Shown here in pieces: positions 18,743 to 26,200 of a stretch of DNA of 51,921 bases. Location of the stretch: contig DATHUD010000178.1 of the NCBI GenBank assembly GCA_035462575.1, forward strand, positions 1-51,921, read 5' to 3'. The stretch's first letter is position 1, and each line of letters opens with the position of its first letter. The position numbers and the translations under genes are program-made. This DNA is from Thermoanaerobaculia bacterium. GTDB taxonomy: Bacteria > Acidobacteriota > Thermoanaerobaculia > Multivoradales > UBA5704. The notes under the pieces are model-generated. The model saw nothing but the letters and a program-made list of their open reading frames with translations. It was not told the origin of the DNA and made no database searches.

Positions 18743-19939
18743 ATGTTCGACTACATGATCGTGGGCGCGGGTTTCGCCGGGAGCGTTCTCGCCGAGCGGC
18801 TGGCGCGGGGCTCCGGGAAGAAGGTTCTTCTCGTCGACCGGCGTGCTCACATCGGCGGCAACGCTTATGACTGCTACGACGATGCGGGGATCCTGATCCA
18901 TAAATACGGCCCCCACATCTTCCATACCAATTCCCGGGAAGTCTTCGAGTACCTCTCGAGCTTCACCCGCTGGCGTCCCTACGAGCACCGGGTGCGGGCG
19001 AGCGTGGACGGCCAGCTCGTGCCGATCCCGATCAACCTGGACACCATCAACAAGCTTTACGGGCTGAGCTTGAACAGCATGGAGGTCGAGAAGTTCTTCG
19101 AGTCGGTCGCCGAAAAGGTGGAGACCATCCGCACCTCGGAAGACGTGGTCGTCTCCAAGGTCGGCCGCGAGCTCTACGAAAAGTTCTTCCGCGGCTACAC
19201 GAGGAAGCAGTGGGGCCTGGACCCTTCGCAGCTCGACGCCATGGTCACCGCCCGCGTGCCCACGCGCACCAACCGCGACGACCGCTATTTCGGCGACACC
19301 TACCAGGCCATGCCGCTCCGCGGTTACACGCGGATGTTCGAGAACATGCTCGACCACCCGAACATCAAGATCCTCTTGAACACCGACTACCGGGAGGTCG
19401 TGGGGGACATCCCTTACCAGAAGCTGATCTATACCGGTCCCGTGGACGAGTACTTCGACTTCCGTTATGGGAAGCTCCCGTACCGGTCTCTCAAGTTCGA
19501 GCACGAAACGGTGAACGAGGAGCAGGTGCAGCCGGTGGCCGTGATCAACTACCCCAACGAGCACCTCTACACCCGGGTGACCGAGTTCAAGCACCTGACC
19601 GGCCAGGAGCACAAGAAGAGCAGCGTGGTCTACGAATATCCGATGTCCGAGGGGGACCCGTACTACCCCGTGCCGCGGCAGGAGAACGCCGAGCTCTACA
19701 AGAAATACCAGGCACTGGCCGAGGGCACGCCGGACGTCCACTTCGTGGGCCGGCTCGCCACCTACAAGTACTACAACATGGACCAGGTGGTGGCCCAGGC
19801 GCTCGCGGTCTACGCCCGCATGATCGGCCAGAAGCGCGCCGAAGCCACGCGCACCACCCTGACTGCGCCCCGCAACCGCCCGACCGCCGTCGCCGCGCCT
19901 GAAGAGGCCGTGGTTGCCGCGGGGAGGAAGGGAGCGTAG
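18743..19939 (+). CDS. glf: UDP-galactopyranose mutase
   Basis: 398 aa, MFDYMIVGAGFAGSVLAERLA...GPHIFHTN...YTRKQWG...YPNEHLYTRVTEFKHLTGQ...GRLATYKYYNMDQVVAQAL. An AAGGAG SD lies 6 nt upstream of the ATG at 18743. Confidence 0.95.
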   Translation: MFDYMIVGAGFAGSVLAERLARGSGKKVLLVDRRAHIGGNAYDCYDDAGILIHKYGPHIFHTNSREVFEYLSSFTRWRPYEHRVRASVDGQLVPIPINLDTINKLYGLSLNSMEVEKFFESVAEKVETIRTSEDVVVSKVGRELYEKFFRGYTRKQWGLDPSQLDAMVTARVPTRTNRDDRYFGDTYQAMPLRGYTRMFENMLDHPNIKILLNTDYREVVGDIPYQKLIYTGPVDEYFDFRYGKLPYRSLKFEHETVNEEQVQPVAVINYPNEHLYTRVTEFKHLTGQEHKKSSVVYEYPMSEGDPYYPVPRQENAELYKKYQALAEGTPDVHFVGRLATYKYYNMDQVVAQALAVYARMIGQKRAEATRTTLTAPRNRPTAVAAPEEAVVAAGRKGA

Positions 19940-19945
19940 GAAATT

Positions 19946-20026
19946 TGTAGGGGCGCCCCTGCGTGGGCGCCCTGCTCACTCCAGCCTTTCCCCCACCCAG
20001 GGCGGCCACATAGGGCCGCCCCTACA
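19946..20026. repeat. Composite REP-like palindromic element between the convergent glf and halogenase genes
   Basis: Outer inverted arms are TGTAGGGGCG (19946-19955) and CGCCCCTACA (20017-20026). Inside are the self-complementary GGGGCGCCCC (19950-19959) and GGGCGCCC (19965-19972). A hairpin GGGCGGCC-acatag-GGCCGCCC lies at 20000-20021. Confidence 0.6.
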
Positions 20027-20057
20027 TTAAACCGCCCTGGGTGTCGGGCCTGCTGTT

Positions 20058-21632
20058 TTACGCCGCCACCAGGGCTTCGGTCCGCAACTGCCTCAAATAT
20101 TCGACCTGCGAGGGGAGCGTTGCGACCATCCGCTGGGTCTTCTCGCGCAGGGCCTGGAAGGCGGCGAGCGCGTTGGTGTCGTCCAGGTGATCGAGGGCCG
20201 GCAGGCTTCTCTGCGGGTGGTAGTTGAGCCCGAGCAGCATCACGGAGTACGAGTAGGACTCGAAGCCGTGATAGGTCGGATTGATGTTCTTGGCGTTCGG
20301 CAGGCGGTGCTTCCAGATCTCCAACCGCTCCTTCAAATCCGGCGAGATCGCGAGATCCTTGACCGCCCGCCAGAATTCCGTGTCGGTCCGCTCGGTCGTG
20401 CAGTAGTGGAGGATGAGGAAGTCGCGGACGCCGTCGATGCCTTCCGCGATCAGACGGTTGTAGCTCCGGACCATCTCCTGGTCGATGGCGTCGCCGGGGA
20501 GATGGCTGACCAGCTCCTCGATCCCGTGCTGGATGAAGAAGATGCCCGTCGATTCGAGAGGCTCGACGAAGCCGCTCGACAGGCCGATCGCGACACAGTT
20601 CTTCACCCACGAGTTGCGGCACCGGCCGATCCGCATCTTGATGTGGTTGGCCCGCAGCGACTCCGCGGCAGGCCCGAGGTGGCGGCGGAACTCGCGCTCC
20701 GCCTCGTCCTTCGAAAGGAACGCGCTCGAATAGACGTATCCCGTCCCGGTCCGTCCATAGAGAGGGATGTCCCAGACCCAGCCGGCGCTCAAGGCGGTGG
20801 CGGTCGTGTACGGGTTGATGCCCTCGGCCGCGATGTCCTTCGGGATCTGCATCGCGATCGCGCTGTCGCAGAGGAGCGAATCGGAGAACGGGATGAACGG
20901 CTCGCCGAGCGCCTGGTTGATCAGCAGGCCGCGGAAGCCGGTACAGTCGACGAACAGGTCGCCCCGGATGGGCCCGTGCGCCGCGGTGACGACGTGATCG
21001 ATGGCGCCGTCCTCCCGGAGCTTGACCTCGTTGACCTCGTCGACGACCTGGCGGACGCCGCGCGCCATCGCGTAGCCCTTTAAGTACTCGGCGAGGAGGC
21101 TGGCGTCGAACTGGTAGGCATAGGGGTACTGCACCTTATGGTCTGAAAGGAAGCTGTTCTTGGGCTTGCCGCCGCCGCCGAAGAAGTCCTGGACCTGCTC
21201 GTCGAAGACCCGGCCGTCGTAGAACCGGGGCGAGCGCTTCGCTTCGCAGAGAGCCGGGATGCTGAAGCAGGCCTGGTCGAAAGCCTCCTCGTGCCGCTTG
21301 AGCTTGAGCCACCACTCGCCCATGTTGTAGCCGTCGACCGTCTCGTACCGCTGGAACGGGTGGTAGAAGTGGGCGCCGTCGTTGCGCCAGTTGGCGAATT
21401 TGATGGCGAGCTTGTAGGTGGCGTTGCAGCCCGGCATCCAGTCCTGCTCTTCGAGCCCGAGGAAGTCGAAGAAGAGCTTGATGGTGCTGAAGGTCGCCTC
21501 TCCGACGCCGACCGTCTTGATGGTGGCCGACTCGACGAGGGTTACATTGACGCTGGGAGCTGCCTTCTTGAGATAGGAAGCGGTCATCCAACCCGCCGAG
21601 CCACCGCCCACGATAACGACACTCTTGGCCAT
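20058..21632 (-). CDS. Flavin-dependent tryptophan halogenase (PrnA/RebH-type, free-substrate class); regiochemistry not predictable
   Basis: 524 aa from MAKSVVIVGGGSAGWMTASYL (GxGxxG). It carries GVGEAT, the catalytic-Lys region ATYKLAIKFANW, the WxWxIP motif GWVWDIPL and the catalytic Glu region SGFVEPLESTGIFF. The ATG at 21630-21632 has a GGAGGG SD. Confidence 0.85.
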   Translation of the reverse strand: MAKSVVIVGGGSAGWMTASYLKKAAPSVNVTLVESATIKTVGVGEATFSTIKLFFDFLGLEEQDWMPGCNATYKLAIKFANWRNDGAHFYHPFQRYETVDGYNMGEWWLKLKRHEEAFDQACFSIPALCEAKRSPRFYDGRVFDEQVQDFFGGGGKPKNSFLSDHKVQYPYAYQFDASLLAEYLKGYAMARGVRQVVDEVNEVKLREDGAIDHVVTAAHGPIRGDLFVDCTGFRGLLINQALGEPFIPFSDSLLCDSAIAMQIPKDIAAEGINPYTTATALSAGWVWDIPLYGRTGTGYVYSSAFLSKDEAEREFRRHLGPAAESLRANHIKMRIGRCRNSWVKNCVAIGLSSGFVEPLESTGIFFIQHGIEELVSHLPGDAIDQEMVRSYNRLIAEGIDGVRDFLILHYCTTERTDTEFWRAVKDLAISPDLKERLEIWKHRLPNAKNINPTYHGFESYSYSVMLLGLNYHPQRSLPALDHLDDTNALAAFQALREKTQRMVATLPSQVEYLRQLRTEALVAA

Positions 21633-21644
21633 GTCAAAGCCCTC

Positions 21645-21703
21645 CCCCAAAGACAAAAAGGAATAGATGAGAGGAAGGCCCGCCCGGGAGGACCGGCTTC
21701 CTC
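21645..21703 (-). terminator. Terminator/attenuator-like hairpin between the monooxygenase and halogenase genes
   Basis: The 7-bp outer stem is GAGGAAG (21671-21677) / CTTCCTC (21697-21703) with a GC-rich interior. On the minus strand it is followed by TCATCTATTCCTTTTTGTCTTTG. Confidence 0.35.
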
Positions 21704-21764
21704 CCTCACCGAAGTGGTGAGATTCAGTCTCTGAGTGCTTGAGGCCCGCCAAAGCGGGACAAGC

Positions 21765-23234
21765 TCAAGATTTCGCCACCGGCTCGCTCACGCCGACTCC
21801 GGCAGGCTCTTCGGTCGCCTCGAGCTCGGGGAGGGGGACGGCGACCACCGTGGGGGCCGCCTTGCGCCCCTGGGCGAGGCGGGCGGCGCGGCGGTTGGCG
21901 AGGGCGGTCTTGATCCGGACCTGGAGGGAGACGGCCCCGAGCACGAGGTCCAGCCCCAGCCAGCGGGCGATCCGCTCCTGGCGGCGGTGGCGCTCCACGC
22001 ACTCGGCGTAGGGAAGGGTGCTGTGGGAGACCATGGTGTAGAGCGGCACGGAGTGCTGGCGGAAGAGGCGGTTCAGGAAGATCGAGGTGGTCTTCCGGGC
22101 GGTCACGAGGGGCCGCCGCACGGTGTCGCGCAGCTCGTCGAAATTGTCGATCGAGAGCTGGGCGAGGATGTCCGTGTTGGGCTTCCGGAGCGCCTGGAAC
22201 TCGCGGAACAGGGCGGTCCAGTTGCTCTCGCCGTAGCGGTCGAGCAGGCGGTTCAACGTGGAGGCGTCCTCGAAGGCGGCGTTCATGCCCTGGCCGTAGA
22301 AGGGGACGACCGAGTGGGCGGCGTCGCCGATCAGGAGAACTTTGTCTTTGTAGTGCCAGAGCGAGGTGCGGACGGTGATGAACTCGGAGATGGGGCGGGT
22401 CTTGAACTCCTCGACGGCGTTCGGCATGTAGGGCAGGACGTCTCCGAAGTGGGTCTCGAAGAGGTCCAGGATGTCGCGGTCGGTCTTCATGGCGTCGAAG
22501 CTGTGCCGGCCTTCGAAGGGGAGCACGCAGACGCCGCAGAGGGAGCCGTCGAAGTTGGGCAGGGCGAAGAGCAGGTGGTCGCCGCACGGCCAGATGTGGA
22601 GGGCGTGGTGGTCCATGGGGGGCAGGCCGGGGGCGTCGGCGCGGATGGTGATCTCCTTGTAGCCCCAGGGGAGGTAGTCCTGCCGGTAGTCGGCCCGCTC
22701 GCGGCGCTGCAGGAGCTGGCGGACGATCGAGTAGGCGCCGTCCGCGCCCACGACCAGGTCGGAGGTGAAGCGGGTCTCCTCGCCGGTCCGGGTGTTGTGG
22801 AACATGGCGGTCGCGGTCTCCTTGTCGAGGCCCACGCAGCGCTGGTTGAAGTGGAAGTGGGCGTTCGGCTCCTTCTCGACGGCGTTCAGGAGAACGGCGT
22901 TCAGGTCGTTGCGCGAGAAGGAGTGGATGACCTCCTGGTCGTTCTTGCCGTAGGGCTGGTAGACGACCGTGCCCTTGCCCGAGTGGACGGCGCGGCCGCG
23001 CAGGGGGACGGTGATGGTCGACTGGACCTCCTCTTCGAGGCCGAGCTCGCGCAGGGCGGCCAGGCCCCTTTCGGCGAGGGTGAGCTTGATCGACCGGCCG
23101 ACCTCGACGGGCTCACGGCGCAGGTCGCCGCGCAGCTCGAAGAGGTGGACCTCGTAGCCGCGGCGGGCGAGGTAGATGCCGAGGATCGAGCCGCCGAGGC
23201 CGGCTCCGACGATGGTGATTTTGGGGACTGCCAT
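21765..23234 (-). CDS. kmo: FAD-dependent kynurenine 3-monooxygenase-like aromatic hydroxylase
   Basis: 489 aa starting ITIVGAGLGGSILGIYLARRGYEVHLFE. It carries GRSIKLTLAERG, VVGADGAYSIVRQ, ALHIWPCGDHLLFALPNFDGS, LIGDAAHSVVPFYGQGMNAAFED and RKPNTDILAQLSIDNF. From memory it is collinear with bacterial KMO. The ATG is at 23232-23234. Confidence 0.75.
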   Translation of the reverse strand: MAVPKITIVGAGLGGSILGIYLARRGYEVHLFELRGDLRREPVEVGRSIKLTLAERGLAALRELGLEEEVQSTITVPLRGRAVHSGKGTVVYQPYGKNDQEVIHSFSRNDLNAVLLNAVEKEPNAHFHFNQRCVGLDKETATAMFHNTRTGEETRFTSDLVVGADGAYSIVRQLLQRRERADYRQDYLPWGYKEITIRADAPGLPPMDHHALHIWPCGDHLLFALPNFDGSLCGVCVLPFEGRHSFDAMKTDRDILDLFETHFGDVLPYMPNAVEEFKTRPISEFITVRTSLWHYKDKVLLIGDAAHSVVPFYGQGMNAAFEDASTLNRLLDRYGESNWTALFREFQALRKPNTDILAQLSIDNFDELRDTVRRPLVTARKTTSIFLNRLFRQHSVPLYTMVSHSTLPYAECVERHRRQERIARWLGLDLVLGAVSLQVRIKTALANRRAARLAQGRKAAPTVVAVPLPELEATEEPAGVGVSEPVAKS

Positions 23235-23283
23235 GGTCGTGCTCCGAGTAAGTCGAGTCTCCGGGCTTCAGGCGTTCTGAAGC

Positions 23284-26200
23284 TCACGTTCTTGCCGATG
23301 TGACCGCGAGACCGGGAGGGGCGGCGGATCGCTCGGCCAGCTCTTTGAGCAAGGCGAGCCTCTCGAGCCCCGCGAGGGCCGTTTCCACGTCGATGCCGAA
23401 ATCGATCAGACAGGCCACCTCGTCGACGCCGATCTCCTCCAGGTGCCGCACCATCTCTATACAGGTGCCGGGTGTTCCGAAAAGCGCGCTGTCGCGGACG
23501 TAGCGCTCGACCGCGTAGGCGAGCACCTGCTCCTTGTCCTCCTCGGTGATCGTCCGGATCTCCCCGGGGCGCTGGCGGCTTCGGGCGAGGTTTTCGAGGA
23601 GCCCGCCGAAGGAGCGGAGGTAGTGGGTGAAGGGGGCCCGCACCGTTTCGAGCACGGCGTCCGGGTCGTCGCCCACGAAGGTGTGGAGCATCAGTGTCAC
23701 GCGGCCGGTCCCGGGGTCGTGGCCGGCGGCGGCCCGGGCTTCGCGGTACTGCCGGATCTTGGCGGCCACCCCTTCGAGGCTCTGCCCGAGAAGGTTCACG
23801 AGGAGGTTGGCGCCGATCTCTCCGGCCCGGAGCACGGTGTTCGAGGTGGCGGCCGCGGTGATCCAGACCGGAAGCTCGGGCTGGACGGGCCGGGGGTAGA
23901 GCCGGACCCGGACCTCCTGCCCCACGCCGCCCGGCGCGGCCACGGCCTCGCCCCGCCAGAGGCGGCGGATGGTGTCGATCCCCTGGAACATGACCTCCCG
24001 GCGGTCTTCGTAGTGGCCGGGGAAGAACACGAAGTCGTCGGCGTGCCAGCCCGAGGCGAAGGCGATGCCGGCACGGCCCCGGGAGTAGTTGTCGACCAGG
24101 GCCCAGTCCTCGGCCACCCGGACCGGGTGGTGGAGGGGGAGGACGCCGCTCCCGGCGCGCAGGTGGACGCGTTCGGTGACCATCGCGAGCGCGGCGCCGG
24201 CCACCGCGGGATTGGGGAAGAGGCCGCCGAAGGGGTGGAAGTGGCGCTCGGGGGTCCAGACGGCCTCGAAGCCGTGCCGGTCGGCGAATTTCGCTCCTTC
24301 GAACAGCAGCCGCCAGCGGTCGCCCCGCCCGCTCTCCTCGCTCGCGAAGTAGAAGAGGCTGAAGGAGATCGGCCGCCGCCTGGCGGGTTGCGGCCGGGCC
24401 GGCGGCGCCTCCGGCTCCGGCGCCGGCGCGGCCTCCTCCATCTCCTGGCCGAGAAGCTCCCGGGCGTCCTCGTCCGACATTTCGTCGAGCTCGGCCAGCA
24501 GGCGGGCCATTTCGTCGTCCTCGACCCGGTTCCCCTGGGCTTCGAGGATGGCGCGCGCCATCCCCGCGATCGTGGGGTTGGCGAACAGGCGCTCCAGGGG
24601 CAGCTCGACGTCGAACGCCTGGCGGACGCGGGAGATCAGGAGGATCGCCTTCAGCGAGTTGCCGCCGTGGGCGAAGAAATGGTCTTCGACTCCGACCTTC
24701 TCGACCTCCAGCACCTCGGCGAAGATCGAGGCGAGCGTCTCCTCGGCGGGCATGCGGGGGGCCACGTAGGAGGGCTCGCGCCGCTCCTCGGGCGGCAGGG
24801 CGCCGGGCGCGGGCAGGGCCCGGCGGTCCACCTTGCCGTTTCCCGTGAGCGGCAGCCCGGGGAGGAAGACGAAGACCGAAGGCACCATGTAGGCGGGGAG
24901 CTTTTCGCGCAGGAACCCCTGGAGGGCGGGGGCGTCGACCGTCTCGCCGGGAGCGGGCACCACCCAGGCTGCGAGGCTCCGGTCCCCGCGCTCGCCCGGG
25001 GCGTCGACCACCGCGGCGCGCACGGCCGGGTGCTGCGCCAGGGCCGCCTCGATCTCGCCGAGCTCGATCCGATAGCCCTGGACTTTCACCTGGAAGTCCT
25101 CGCGCCCGAGGAATTCGAGGGTGCCGTCCGGGAGGAACCGCCCGAGGTCGCCGGTCCTGTAGAGGCGCTCGCCGGTCCGGGGGTGGACGAGAAAGCCGGC
25201 CGCCGTTTTTTCCGGGTCGCGCCAGTAGCCCCGGGCGAGGCCGGTCCCGCCGATGTGGAGCTGCCCGGGAACCCAGTCCGGGCGGGGAGCGAGCGCCTCG
25301 TCCAGCACGTGGAAGGTCTGGTTCGCCATCGGCCGGCCGTAGGGGATGCTCTTCCAGTCCGGATCGACCCGGTCGATGGGGAAGAGGATCGACCAGATGG
25401 ACGCCTCGGTGGCACCGCCCAGGCTGATTATTTCGATGGCGGGCGCAAGCGCCCGGAGCCGCCCCGGCAGATCGACGGGAATCCAGTCGCCGGAGAGGAG
25501 GGCGAGCCGCAGCGACGGCGGCATCGGCTCGGAGCGCCCTTCGAGGTCGTGGACGAGCATCTCCATCAACGCGGGGACCGTGTTCCAGAGGGTCACCCCG
25601 TGCACGCGCAGGTAGCCCGCCCAGCGCGCCGGCTCGCGGAGAGCCGCGGGCTCCGGAAAGACGATCGCGCCGCCGGCCGCCAGGAGGCCGAAGAGGTCGT
25701 AGACCGAGAGGTCGAAGCTGAGGGCGGACAGGGCGAGGACGCGGTCGTCCGGCCCCACGCGGAAGCGTCCGTTCACGTCCGCCACGGTGTTCAGGGCGGC
25801 GCGGTGGTCGATCATCACGCCCTTGGGGAGGCCCGTCGAGCCGGAGGTGAAGATCACGTAGGCCAGGTCGTCCGGGGTCTGGACGGCTTCGAGCGGCGCC
25901 TCCGGGAGGGGCGCGTCGTCGTCCGCCACGGGGAGGACCCGGACCTCGGCCGGCCACGCGAGGGCGTCCACGAACCGGGGTTGGGTCAGGGCGAGCCCGA
26001 CCTCCCCGTGCTCCAGCAGATAGCGGAGGCGCTCCGGGGGGAGCGCGGGATCGACCGGCAGGTAGGCCGCGCCCGAGAGGAGGACGCCCAGCACGGCGAC
26101 CACCTGCTCCCAGCCCTTTTCCATCACCACCGCGACCAGGGTGTTGGGCCGGGCGTCCTCTTCGCGCAGGCTCCGCCCCAGGCGGTCGGCCCGCGCGAGA

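Noticed and set aside
16290-19939. Glycosidase / GT4 / Glf operon as glycosylation tailoring for the lipopeptide.
   Set aside because: The operon is on the opposite strand and convergent with the cluster. It is separated from the cluster by a REP-like element and has its own promoter candidate. Glf plus GT4 is a standard cell-envelope galactofuranose module. The link cannot be fully excluded without expression data.
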